This document shows positions 14,266 through 27,649 of a stretch of DNA of 64,000 nt, in pieces (the stretch's first letter is position 1; each line of letters opens with the position of its first letter). Position numbers and translations under genes: made by a program. The notes beneath the pieces are model-generated. The model was not told the origin of the DNA and did not search any database. It saw only the letters and a list, made by a program, of their open reading frames with translations. Source of the DNA: Guillardia theta CCMP2712 (Eukaryota > Protista > Cryptophyta); NCBI RefSeq assembly GCF_000315625.1, contig NW_005434633.1:324130-388129 (forward strand). Direction: 5' to 3'.

Positions 14266-15391
14266 TCTCTCCCTAATTTCCTCCTTGTCAGTCGTCGCTA
14301 CCAGCGGAGGGGCGGTCCTGAGATCGCAAGACTGTGCGACGAAATGGACCCAGTGAGTTGTCTTCCTGTCCGCCGCTTCCCATCCTCTTGCGTTCCTGCC
14401 CTTCCTCCCTTCCTCCCTCTCCTTCTTATCCTCTGCTCTTTCGGATCTTATTGCCTCCTCTCAGTTTTTCATGTCCTTCTCCTCCCCTTCATTCACCCTC
14501 TCCTCCTTCGTTCTCTTGCCGTTTTTCTCTTCCCTTCCCACCCCCCCCCTCTCCATACCTCCCCTCTCTCCCACCTGCTCCAGTAGCTTCCACTGATTCT
14601 TTTGGCAGGCAGGTGGTACCAGATGCAGCAAAGGCAACTCAATGGACAGCGATAGACGGTGAGATCGGTGGTGGTGGTGGACGAGGAGGAGCGGTAGAAA
14701 AAGAGGAAAGAAGGGGAGGAAGCGACGAGAAAAGGGAAGCAGGCAACCAGGATGGGAGAAGGCGAAGGAGGAGGAGAGGAGATGGCGAGGGGCTGTGCAG
14801 GAAGAGAAGGCAGGGACGAAGAGAGGAGGAGGAAATGGAGACGGGCTGGTGGGATGTGTGAAAGACCAGGAAGGGGAGCGAGGGGAGGGGCTTGACGTGT
14901 GGGAGGGTGTGAGTGGGGTAGGACGAGGAGAAGGGGCTTAGAGCGCGGGGCGGGGGCGGGGCGGTGGTGGAGGAAGAGGAGAGTAACGGCAACGCGAGCA
15001 GGCAGGAGTGTCTCGCAGGAATCGGGCGCAGGTCTGCGGGTTCATCAGGTGAGAGAGCAGGACGGAGGAAGAGGAAGACTGAAGTTACAGCTCCAGACCA
15101 GCTGGACGACGATGATGACGATGACAATGATGATGATGACAACAAGCGCATTCGGATGGACTTCACCGTGAAGATCATGTGGAGTTACAGAGGCAGAGGC
15201 GGGAGCAGGAGAAGGGGAAGGAGCAGGAGCAGGAGCAGAGGAAGTGGCGATGAGAGTCATGGTGAGGTTCAAGGCTGCGAGCAATGAAGTGAGGAGGAGT
15301 GAGCAAGCAGGGTAACCAACAGGCTAGTCACTCAACCTGTTCACAACATACAACTTCTCCTCCTCCTCCTCCTCCTCCTCCTCCTCCGCTC

Positions 15392-18300
15392 TCATGAATC
15401 GAGACCCAGGGCGCTGGCAAGGCTCCTCCTCTCCTCCATCGACAGCCGCGGGCCCAGCTCCCTGCAAGTGAAGTCACTTGCTGGCAAGTGAGGAGTAGGA
15501 GGAGGTACGAGCAGAGCGTGAGGAGAGCCTTGAAGACATCTCCTCCTCCCTCCTTGCGCTCTGAAGATAACAGAAGTGAGAGACTGTAGGAGCAGGTGGG
15601 GGGCGAGATGAGAGGGGAGGAGGAGGAGGAGGAGGAGGAAGCAGGTACATCAGAACATAACGAGGAGAGCAGGAGTAGGAGGACACAGCATGAGGAGAAG
15701 GGAAGAAGGAAAACATGGGCAGGAGAAGAGGAGTGCAAGAGGAGGAGGAAGACGGGTAGAGCAGGAGAGAAGGGAGTAGAAGTTGTGAAGAGACGACGAC
15801 GAACAGCGGGCATGAAACCTGAACGAGCCATCGCCTGGCTCACTGTTGGCTTGACCTCCTCCTTCAACGTAGTTCCTGCTCGCTGGCTGCTCGAACCGAC
15901 TTGCCCGAACATCTGCCAGGAGTAAGAGGCAGGAGTGAGAGCGCAGGAGGGAGCGAGAGGCAGGACGAAGGAAGTAAGAATGAGCGAGGAAGAAGCAGAA
16001 GGGATGCAACAGGAGCACGGGCAGGAGCAGGACGGGAAAAAGGAGGAGGAGAAAGAGAGGAGATATTTTGGTGGTTTTTGGTGGGGGGTGGGGGGAAGAA
16101 AGAGGAGGAGAAGGAGGTAAACGAGAGGAGGGGAAGAGGAGGAGAAGGAGGTAAACGAGAGGGAGGGGTGGGGTGGGGGTGGGGGGGCGGAATGCTGCTA
16201 ACATCGGGGTCGAACTCCTCGTGCTCCTGAGGAACAAACTCCTGCGCATCAAGACGCCTGAGGACCCGCAAACAGGCGGAGGGCAGCCGTACGCACCTCC
16301 CAAGGGTCCTCGTCGAGTTCGGAGCCAGCAGCCTCGTCCACCAGGACCACCTCTCCTCCTCGGATGAAGATCTCCTTCTTGTGCCAGACGTTGAGAAAGA
16401 ACTCGCCCGCCATCCCCTTCTCGTGCGTCATGGGGAAGACGACGTAGGGAGAGTCTGCCGGGCTGAGCTGGAGGGTGAAGGGCAGGGACACATCCCGGTC
16501 CTTCCTGAAGTGACTGAAGGCGATCAGGTCACTTTTTCTCATCCTCGCTCCCTTCTCCACCACCTGCCCACTCAGCACGTCAGGTCGGGCAGGACCCTAC
16601 AGATACTCACCGTCGACATCTTAGCGACGGCAAACCCGATGCCGGCCTCGTAGCTGTTGGGCACCCAGCTCGGGTCGTCTCTGTGTGCTCTAGAGTCCCG
16701 CTGGCTGAGGATGATGACGCAGGGGGTCTTCTCCTTGACAAACAGGTGGAACTGAGGGTTTGACAGCCATGCCGCCGGCTCCCGCGACGTGGGAGGGCCC
16801 ATGGCGGTCCCTCGGTGGGGAGCTGGGGACTTGGTGGGCTTGAACCACTTGCCCTTCATCCTGGTGCAGCGCCAGGGGTCCTTGAAGATGCGGCAGATGG
16901 AGAGAGTATCGAAGAGGTTGAAGAAGTCCTGATCCCACATCCAGAAGCTCCCCTCCTCCCCGTTCCCTTCCTGCCCGCACAGCGACGCGACTCGGTCGTA
17001 CTCCACCCACCTGTCGCTCTTGGGCGACCAGGGGCCCGTCCACGAGCCCTTGGGCCAGGGGTTTCTGATCTTGAGGAGGCGGAGGATTGAGTCCCGCTCA
17101 TGCATCTTTTCGCCGATCTCGACCAGGTCCAGCTCCTTGCTGTCGATAACGGAGTAGCACTGGAGAGGTTCCAGCCCCATGTACCTCTCCCTCGCTCCTC
17201 TGTTGTTCTGGATGGCGCAGCCGACCAGCGACTCTGACTTGAGCAGCTGCACGATCTCCTTCCACAGCATCCCGTTCTTGATCCGAGCCTCCACGTCAGG
17301 GTCGGAGAACTTAAGTTTCTGCGGGAGGAAACGCGTCAGTGGGAGCGAGGAGGAGAGATCGTCGGCGGTACCTGCGGCAGCCCGCCTGTCAGGTCCTTGA
17401 GCGCGTACTGGACGCTTCCTTGGTACAGGAGCTCGTAGCAGCCATGAAGCTTCGCGTACGCCTTCTCGAGGATCGGCAGCCACAGTTCCGTGCCCTTCTG
17501 GGACCTGGAGAACAGGAAGTTTCCTTGCATCGTGGCAGGCAGCCTGTCGTCGACCGTCACGTTCACCCACTTCCCGTTCTTGTAGAAGCGGACGGTGAAG
17601 ATCCCGCAGTTCTCGCAGCTGGGGGAAGAGTAGCCGACGAAGAGCTTGCGGACCAGCTCGGGCCGGGTGACCAGCATCGCAAGGGCCCCCACAAACCAAG
17701 AGTTCGCCAGCGCCCCCATGCACACGTGCGGGTGGATCACCTGCGAGTCCTTGGGGTACAGTTTGGGCCGCTCGGTCCCGAGTTTGACCTCCAGGCTGTC
17801 GTAGGAGATCTGGAACGGCCGCAGCCATCGGATGTTCTGTACCTTGTCATCGAGGGCCGCGAGCTGGACAGCAGCTGAGGGGTTCGAGGGGTCCATGAAG
17901 ATCGACTGCTCCTCAGCTGGGAACTCAGCGTCGTAGTACCGGTACTCGTTGTCCGTGTCCTTGAAGATGACTGGCTCGCAGGTGACGTGGCGGTTGCAAA
18001 GCTCGAGGATATCAGGCTGCTGGAGTCGGATGACTGCCGGCTTCTCGATGAAAGCTTCCTCCGGGCCCAGGACAGTCTTGAGAAACTCGTCAGGTTCATC
18101 CTCCTCCTCCTCCTCCTCCTCCTCCTCCTCTTCCTCAGCCTCCTTGAGATACTCCAGGGCGGCAGACCCTGACATATGGATCTGCTCGATCTTGACGGGC
18201 TTGTTGCTTCTGACCGTGAGGTAGAACTTGCCGTCGACGTTGGGCGTGTGGGTCATGGCGATGACAGCGTAAGGGCCCCCGCTAGGGTCGAGCACGAGCG

Positions 18301-19699
18301 GGAAGACTTGCAAGCTGACGTCTCGATCCCTCTTGAATGGGTATCCCCTGGCCACGACGTCTCCAGCTCGGAGCGAGCTGTCGAGTCCGTTTTCTGACCT
18401 CTTGATAGCGTGCGCTATGGCGCCGACCGTCGTGACCAGGAATCCGATGGCGTTGTCGTATCGATTCCACTGGGCCTCGTGATGTATCTCCGACGACTTG
18501 TTGCCGTAGCACCTGGCATCCCACTGGGACATAGAGATAGAGAACTGAGTGCGAGTCGACACGGTGAGCTTGTAGATCGGGCTGGTCCACCACAAGTTGC
18601 GCTTGTCTGGGCAGCCGCCGCTGTTGAAGGCCGCCTCCCACCTCCCTCTGAGCAGCTCCTCCGACCAAGATGGCGGGAACCGGATGCAGATGAAGAGCAT
18701 GTTGAAGTACTTGCTGAAGTCCTCAAACAGCATCCAGAACGTCCCGTCGTTCTCGGGGATGTAGTTGAGCATCCAGTCAGGAGCGTCCGGGTACCTCTCC
18801 CTCAGCTTCTCCCACTCCGGGGCGAAGTCGGCCCACCTTCCCGTCCACTCCTTCCTACCCCAAGGGTTCCTGACCTGGAGGAAACGGAGGTCGCGGTACT
18901 CCTTCAGGTCGACGATGCTGTACGCGTGCCCCTTCAGGATCCCCCCGTCGCTCTCCTGATGCCTGGCCTCCCCCTTGCTGACGGAGTAGCTGCAGCCACA
19001 AAGGCTATTCTGCTTCATCCAGAGCTTCAGTTTCTGCCACAGGAACCCGTTCTCGCACTCGTCCCGCGTCTGAGGATCCATCAGGTTGACCAGGTGAGGG
19101 TCACCTCCTGTGAGGTCCTTCAGTGCGTACGTCATCGCTCCTGTCTCCAGGTTCCTGTAGCACCTCCCATGCATCTTCGCGTACGCCTTCTCGATCAGCA
19201 TCACCCAAATCTCGCACACGTCCTTGCAGCGCGCGTACAGCGGCTCCCCGCTCGGGCTGCAGGGGATCCTGTCGTCGATGCTGACGTACTTCCACCTGCC
19301 GTTCTTGTAGAACCTGATGGTATAGATCCCTTGCGAGCCATACTCCGTAGATGCGAACAAGTTCCTTAGCAGATCTCGGCGGGAGGCGACACAGGACAGG
19401 GCGCTCAAGAACCAGCAGTCGCCCAGCGCTCCCTGCACTACATCGCTCGGGTTGGCGCCATCGACGAACAGCTGCGGCTGCCGCCCATGTGCGAGCTTGG
19501 GGACGAACTCAGAGGGTCTCAGCCACTGAACCTCGTCAACTGGAACATGCCCTACAGGTGCCTCGGTCTGTACGAAGAGGGAGCGGGAGCTGGCGGGGAA
19601 CTCAGGGTCGACGAACTTTCCGTCTCTTCCTCTGAACTGCTCCAAGAGCTCTCTCTCGCTCTTCCCGGTCTTCGGAACATACTGGATGCTCTTCATCAT
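15392..19699 (-). CDS. Calpain-family cysteine protease with two CysPc + domain III modules
   Basis: First domain: QGALGDCWFLSAL, GHAYS, RNPWG. Second domain: MGALANSWFVGAL, LEKAYAKLHG, RNPW. Domain III motifs WTSPIYKL and WLSNPQFHL. The 3' end was inferred from exon reading. Confidence 0.9.
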
Positions 19700-20105
19700 G
19701 GTCGCCCGCTGCCCCTATCCCTCCTTGAGTAATGTCCTTGGTCACAGGGTGCCCCTAGATTCTGCTGGTCACTGGAAGCTCGCTTAGCTACTCTGCTCCC
19801 TCGTCCTCTCCTCGTCCTCTCCTCCTTCTATCCTCTGCTCTGCTCTGCTCTGCTCTGCTCTGCTCTCCTCCTTCTGTCCTCTCCTCTGCTCTCCTCTCCT
19901 CTCCCGCTTCGTAGTTTCGTTATTTCAAACCGCCATTTCGTCCTGTATGAGCTCTTGCACCAGACTCCCACCCCCTTTCCATGTTGCAATACTCTCGAAG
20001 TACCCTCTAATACATAGTCATTTACACCCCTCTGTAATACCCCACCCCCTGGAGAGAAAGGTTTCCCGCGTCCTGCAAATCCTTGTGGAAGGCACGAGTC
20101 CGAGC

Positions 20106-23100
20106 ATGGCGACAGGCGGCAGCTTCATGGGCATGCTGGATGCGCTTCCTCCTATGTAAGTGATGCACCTCCTCCTCCTCCCTCCTCCTCCCACATCCCT
20201 TGCTTCACCTCCCTTGCTCCCCGTTGATCCTCGCTCGTGTCCGCCTCGTCCTCTGCCTCACTCTTCGAAGCGCCCCTGCTTCCTGCATTCCAGTATTTAT
20301 GCTCGCCTGCTCCCCAGCGAGGTTGTTGAGAGGTTGATGTGAGTGAGAGATCCTGTCCATGTCTTCTCATCTCACAGAGTCAACATCTTCGAAGCGGGCA
20401 TGAGACGAAACTTGCGATTGACGAGCATGTCGATGTATAGGCCATGGGACGATTTCCTGAAGCAAGCTGCCCAAACTTGCGGTCTCCCTCTGGACCAGTT
20501 CAAGTACACAACAGCGCTCCTCCTCGGTATCCCCCTCGGCTACTTCCTCCGCTACAGCACGAAAGATCCCTGGAGATGCTCAGATGCCGAAAAGGCATCC
20601 GCCATCTCAACTCGGCACATGCTCTGCGCCATTATCGGGCTGATGGAGGTGGTCTACGTGTTTGGATGGGAGACGTTCCACTCTTTCTTCTCGACGACAG
20701 TCGCCTACATCCTGCTGCAAGTCGCTCCTCGTGACAAGGTCGACACGCTTCCTCCCTCCCTCTCCATCACATGAACATGTCAGGTGCACCTGTGGGTCAC
20801 AGCATGGGCGATGGGTTACATGTCATGCGCTCACATCTACAGGATGATCGTGGACTTCGGTATGTAGACTCTGGAGGAGGAGGAGGAGGAGGAGGAGGAG
20901 GAGGAGGAGGAGGAGGAGGAGGAGGAGGAGGAGGAGGAGGAGGAGGAGGAGGAGGAGGAGGAGGAGGAGAGGCGAGGACGAGAGGCATTGGAGGGATGGG
21001 GATAGGGATGGGGATGGTGACGGCGAGGAAGAGGACGAGGACGAGGACGAGGAGGAGCTAAGACGTAGAGTGCAGGTGGATGGTCGATCGACTTCACAAC
21101 CCCGCAGCTCCTCGTGACTCAGAAGTTGATGAACATCGCGTTCTCGCTCTACGATGGCTCAAGAGACGCCAAGAAGCTGACGGAGGAGCAGTCAAAGAGA
21201 AAGCTCACCGCCTGCCCGTCCGTGATGGAGATGTTTGGATACGTGTTCTGCATACACACACTGCTGGCCGGCCCTGCGACAGATTACAAGTGAGGCAACC
21301 AAGGTTGCTTGCTGTCTGTCCTGCTGACCGTTGACGCTGCAGTGATTATCTGACGTGGATTGACGGCTCGAAGCTTGCTGGAAAGAAGCCGAAGCCAACT
21401 TCAGCCATCCTGTTGAGGATTGTGGGAGCCATCGGCTGTGCCATCGCCTTCTCCGTTGTCTTGCCTTACTGCAATGTGAGTAGTGGAGGGAAGATACGAC
21501 GAGGATGAGGATGAAGATCACGTTGACGATAATTGTTTCATAGATCGACGGACATGGAGATGGATCGTACCTGTCGACGAAATCATTCCTGTGAGCAATG
21601 ATCAGTGCTGAGAGAGAAAGTTTTGATCGACTTGATCTTCGCAGATATGTTCTCCTGTGGAACAATTTCTCGTTCTGTCTCCTCCGTCATCGTTATTATT
21701 TCGCTTGGGTGCTCGGCGATGCCGGATGCAATGCTGCGGGTGAAATATTTCCTCACTCTACTCCCAATCCCCTCCACCTCCTCTACTTCCGCCTCCTCGT
21801 CCTCGTCCTCCTGCTCCTCCTCTTGCTCGTCCTCCTGCTCCCTGCTCCTGCTCGTCCTCCTGCTCGTCTTCCGCTCCTTTTCCTGCTCCTCATCATTAAC
21901 TACAACTCCGCTCTCATTCTAGTGTTCTTTCCAAGTAACATGCTGAAAAGGTTTTGGATACAATGGAGAAGACAAGAATGGCAAGCAAAAGTGGGATGGA
22001 GTTTTGAATGTTGATGTAAGACGATGTGAATATGCTTGCTTCTCTCCTTTTCCCTCTCTCCCCCCTCCTTCCCTCATTCCCTCCTCCCCTCCTCCCTCCT
22101 TCCCTCATTCCCTCCTTCCCTCTTCCCTCTCCCCTTCCTTCGAATCTCTCTTTCCTCCTTTCTCCTCCCCTTCCTCTTCCTCCTCCTCAATAACCATTGT
22201 TCATCCTCTTCCTTCCTATCCCCTCGTCATGGAGTCTTCTTTCTTACATTTTTCCAGTATTTTGCCGTGGAGTTTGCACCCAACTTCAGGAGCGCAATGA
22301 ACGGTGAGATCTTTTCCTGTTTCCGCAACGTGCACAGCAGCATATTCCCTTCATTCTTTTCCCTTCTCCCTTCTCCCCTTTCTCGCCCCCGACCGTCCTC
22401 CGCTCCTCCCCATCCCACTTCTGTTTCGAGTCGCTTTCCATCAAGCCCCCCCCCCCCCTTCACTCCATTACCTTTTCACCTCCTCCCTCCCTCCCTCCCT
22501 CCCTCACCTCCCTTCTTCCTCCCCTCCTCTCCCTCCATACTTCCCACCCTCCCTCTCTCCCTCTCCCTCTCCGTCTCCCTTCCCTCCCCCCCCCCTCACC
22601 TTCCTGCCTCCCTTCCTCCCTCCCTCCCCCCCTCTCCCTTATCATCTCCTCAGGCTGGAACAAGGCAACTTCCAACTGGCTTCGTCGCTGCGTCTACGAG
22701 AGAGTCCCCGCAAACTGGCGGCAGGCAAGTCGATCCCAGCTGGACTCCTGCTAATCTGACGCTCCGCACGTGCAGACTGCGACCTTCGGCATGTCGGCGG
22801 TCTGGCATGGCTTCTATCCGGGTGAGCAGAGGAGGAGGAGCAGCAGCAGAGGGAGAAGATGGGGAGGAGGAGCAAGAAGAGCGATGGGAGGAGGAGGAAG
22901 GATTGGGAGGTAGAAGGTATAAAAGGAAGAAGGAACGAGGGGAAGGGGAAGGGAGGCAGGGAGATCGGAGGAGAGGAGCAGGAAAGAGAGACAGAAAGGG
23001 TTAAGTGGACGAGAGAACTCGAAGTATTGAGGGCGAGAAGGAGGAAGAAAAGGGAAAGAGAGGAGGAGGGAGAGGAAGAGGAATAGATGGAGGTATATGT

Positions 23101-24140
23101 AAAGCAGGAGGAGAACGGAAGGTTTTGAGTGGAGAGGATTGATAGACATTTCAGGTTACTACTTCACGTTTATCTCCTGCGCTCTCTTCAACGAGGTCGC
23201 AAGACTTCTCCGCCGGCACGTCAGGCCGCTAGTCATTCCTACCAAGGTAAAGGGAGAGGAAGTGGAGGAGGAGAGAAGAAGAAGACGACGAGGACGAGGA
23301 CAAGCAGTGAAAGGAGGAGGACGAGGAGGAAGACAATGAGGACGAGGACGAGGACGAGGAGAGGAAGGAGGAAGAGGAAGAGGGAAAAAGTTTGCGGAGA
23401 GACGTTGAGGAAGGAGAATGGGTCAAGTGAGGCACTGACGGTACGACAGGAAGCGGAGAAATCCTTGAATGCAACTCTCTATCACATTTCCTCGAGTGTG
23501 TTGGTAAGCAAGAGGAGGAGGAGCAGGGAGAGGGAGGGAGAAGGAGGAGAATCAGGGTAGTAGTGATGGCTGCGTAATGAAGGATGAAGAGAGCAAGGTC
23601 TAAGACGAGGACGAGTACACGGAGGAGGAGGAGTTTAGAGTATTTAACATGTATGCAGACTCTTTCTTCCCTCAACTACCTGGCGACACCCTTCCTGGTA
23701 CGCTCCTCTCCTCTCCTCTCCTCTCCTCTCCTCTCCTCTCCTCTCCTCTCCCTCCCTCCTTCCTTGTCTTCTTTCCTCTCTGCACTTCACTGCTTCTTCT
23801 TCCCTCGCCCTCCTCCTGACTAGCTTCGCAGCTGCTCACTTTCCAGAAGAGCATCAACTACTGGTCCTACTGGTACTTCGCGCCTCACGTCGTCGCGCTG
23901 CTCCTCTACATCGCTGTCCCCATCGTCTTCAAGCAGGTTGCATTCTCCTCCTCCTCCTCCTCCTCCTCCTTTCTCCTTCCTTCCTCCTCCTCCTCATTCA
24001 TCTCCCTGCTCTTTGCACCTACTTCATCCTCCTCCTCCTCCCTCCTCCGCTTCTGCATCTCCTTTCTTGCATGCCCTGCTGCCCCTCTCCACTCCTCTTA
24101 CTCCTGCTGACAGCCCAAGGACGCCAAGAAAATGCAGTAA
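20106..24140 (+). CDS. MBOAT-family lysophospholipid acyltransferase (LPCAT/ALE1-like), multi-exon
   Basis: Exonic motifs DFTTPQLLVTQKLMNIAFSLYDG, RYYFAW, WNKATSNWLRRCVYER, SAVWHGFYPG (catalytic His). Confidence 0.85.
20873..20969. repeat. Long pure (GGA)n tract in an MBOAT intron
   Basis: Direct sequence. Confidence 0.95.
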
Positions 24141-24401
24141 CTTCCTCTTCGTACCCACCTCCTCAGTTTTTCGAAATTTTATTGTCAAGAAGGAGAAAAA
24201 CTCTGTTCCTCCTCCTCCTCCTCCTCCTCCTCCTCCTCCTCCTCATCATCATCATCATCATCATCATCACCGTCAACCCTCCATCTTCTTTCCCTTCATC
24301 CTAACAAATCCTCTTCCATCTCTATACATATTGTCTTCTCCGTCCTCCTTTTCTCCTTCTCCCTCTCACCTCTCCTCCTCCTCCTCTTCCTTCCTGGCTG
24401 C

Positions 24402-27400
24402 TCACTCCCTCTTGCTGACGACGATATGGAACTTCCTGTCTCCTGGCACTCCACTCGAGCCATGCGGATGTGCGAAAGAAACTTCAGCCGCCATTCTCAG
24501 CGCACGCTCCTGGTTCCTGACCCAAAGTCCGGTATCGAAGAGAGGAGCAAGGCGCTTTCCTGCTCTCACGCACTCCTTCCTCCTCCTCAGCCCCTTCTTC
24601 CCCTTGGCCAGCGCTACTGCCAGCTCCGCGTACTCGTCCTCTGTCCTCACGGTAGTTTCCTCGCACCCTATCGCCCTGTTCAAGGACGCTGCCACTCGAG
24701 ACCCCATCTTGTCTCCGGGGATAGTGAGCAAGGGGGTCCCCGACCAGAGGACGTCGCAGCCCGTGGAGTGTGCGTTGTAGGAGGGAGTGTCGAGGAACAG
24801 GTCAGCAGCAGCCTTGACGTACAGATGCTCCTCCTCGTTGTACCCCTGCACCACATGCACTCGCTCTTCCTCCACTCCCAGCTGCCTCGCCCTCGCCTTG
24901 AGGTTCAGCTCTGCGTCCCTCGAGTGGATCTTGATCAGCCACAGGTGCGCCCATGGCGCGTTCCGCATCGCCTCCATCCAGGTATCCCAGATGTCCGGCT
25001 CGATCTTGTGGAGCTGGTTGAAGGCGCCGAAGAGGAAGGGGATGTCCGGGGGCAGCGATCCGTACGCTAGCCTCCTTGCCTTCTCTACCCCCTCCACTGC
25101 CACGTCATCTCTCAGCGAAGCATAGGTCTGCCTGTGGTCGTTGACGAAGAAGCAGTCAGGCATGTACAGCAGCTTCTCCACGTAGTGCCCCTCGTACTCG
25201 GGCGGTGAGCTGATCCTGTCCGTCATGTGTGCAGTATGCTCCGCTCCCCCCATGGTCCCCGCGTAACCCTCGTGCATCAGCTGGACAGGAGCTGGCCTTC
25301 TCGCCATGACCACCGTCACTGCGTCGTTTCCTCTCGTGTGCCCAGCAAGGTTGATCAGCACGTCCACTTCGTCTCTCGCGATCCTCGACGCTACTCCCGC
25401 CGTCCCCTCCTGAGCGAGTACCACGTGCAAGTCGACGAATCGCTCCACTGAGGACTCGATCTTGTTCCTCCACTTGCTGCCGTCGTTGGCATTCAGGCAG
25501 TAGCAAGTTACCCTCGTCCTCCTCCTGTCGTGCAGCCCGTACACGTCCTGCATCCTCTTGGCGACTGGGTGGTCCTTGAAGTCGGCGGAAAGGTAGCCCA
25601 CTCGCAGCCTCCCATCGGCAGCGGGAATGAAGACGGAGGAAGGGATCGGAATGGGTTGGATAGTACCCTCCTCGCTGAGGACCTTGTTGGTGTAAGTGAT
25701 CGCGACTTGCTTCATGAGCTCAGCGGAGAGAGGACGGTAGAGGACGGCCTGCAGGGGCTGAACGCAAAGGTGGCGGGGGATGGGCCGACGGGGGTCAGTC
25801 TCCTCTTGTACCTGGAACAGAAGTTAGGTAGAGGCTGCTGAGGGAAGGAGAGGAAGAAGAGAGAGGAGAGGGGGGGAAGAGGAAAGATGAGATGAGAGGT
25901 AAATGGAGATTTGAGTGTGACATGCTGCGTCTCTGGTGAGGAGCAACAAAGAGAAGCAGAGACAGAAGGAGTGGAGAAGTACATGAAGCGAGAAAATAAT
26001 GCGAGAGGGAGGAGCGAGTCACGAGGAGAGAGGAGGAGAGAGGAGGAGAGAGGAGGAGAGAGGAGGAGAGAGGAGGAGAGAGGAGGAGAGGAGGAGAGGA
26101 GGAGAGGAGGAGGAGGAGAATCAAGTTTTGTACCATCTTCACCAGCCTGTCGAACTCAGCGTGGTAGTTCTGCCAATCGCACGCAAAGAGTTTGGTGTAG
26201 ACGAGATTACAGAAGATGGTTGGGACATGCGGGAGGTAGAGTGCGCTGAGAGTGTAATGCTCGATCGACTTGGTTATCTTGTGTGCGTCCTTGTGGGAGG
26301 GCAAAATCAGCAGCGATAATCATGCCCATCACATCTCCATCATCTTCTCTATCTTCAATTCTCAGCTCCTGCTCCTGCTCCTGCTCCTCCCTTTTCCTGC
26401 TCCTCCTCCTGCTCCTCCTCCTCCTACTCTTCTCCTGCTCCTGCTCCTGCTCCTGCTCCTCCATCACCACCAACACCACCACCAACAACATCTCCATCAT
26501 CATCACCATCACTCTCATCAGAACCGTCCTCTTCTCCTCTCCTGCCACCTTCCTCTTCACATGACCCCTTCCTCTCTCCTCCTTTTCCTCCCTCCTTCCT
26601 CCCTCCTTCACCTCCCTTACCTTGTACATGTCTCCGAACTGCCCATGGCACATGCCGCATTGCGGATCAACCTCTATGGACTTTTCGAACAACTTGGTCG
26701 CTTGCTCGATGTAGATTTGATCCTCCGGCACTTTCCCGTAAGAGCGATGGCCGATGGAAACCTGATAGGCCGCCAGGATCGAGGTGGCCCAGTAGGAGTA
26801 GGCAAGGGCTACCTCCCCAAGCTCGCTGCCAGCAACGCGTCAGGGGATGAGAAGATGGAAGGTGGGGAGTAGGAGCAGAGGCAGCAGCTGTGGCAGGAGG
26901 AGGAGGGGGAGGGGGAGGGGGAGGAGGAGGAGGTGGCAGGGGGGGAGGAGGAGGCAGGGGCAGGACAGTGTCACTGCCTGACTAACCTGATCATTTTCTT
27001 GTAGACCTCCTGCTCTGCTGCAAACTGCCCTCGGGCGTGCTGGACCTGCCGCAAGCATTAGCCAAGAGGAGTAAAACTGAGGTGAAGGCAAAACAAGAGG
27101 AGGGAGACGGCGAGAGTGAGATAGAGCAGAGAGAGGTAGAGACGAATGTGGAAGGCGAGAGAGGAGGGGGAGGAGGTGGTGGTGGTGGTGGTGAAGGAGG
27201 AGGAGGAGGAGAAGGAGAAAGGGGAAGGGAGGAGGAGGAGGAGGAGGAGGAGGAGGAGGAGGAGACAGAGTAGCGCATTCCTGCCCGAGGTCGAGTCGGA
27301 ACTGCGGCTCTAGCGGCTCAAATTTTACAGCTTGCTCGAAGTTCTCCACCGACTTCTGCAGGTCCCCCATGTTTGACAGGACGGAGCCCAGCCCCTGCCG

Positions 27401-27606
27401 CATCGTCATGCTGCCGCACGCAATTCTTCGGGTCAACCGCGTACGCTCGCGCAAAGTCAGGTTTGACTCGGATGCACTCGGTGAAGGAGTCCCGCGCCTC
27501 TCCCAGCCTCCCGAGGTCCTGCAGGGCATACGCCTGGCATTCCAGCTCAGCTCCCTTCCTCCCGCTCCACCACCGGCAACACTATCACCACCTCTACCAC
27601 TATCTC

Positions 27607-27649
<43 letters not shown>

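Noticed and set aside
18410-19369. Long + strand ORFs opposite calpain and the glycosyltransferase
   Set aside because: Antisense shadows of GC3-rich coding sequence
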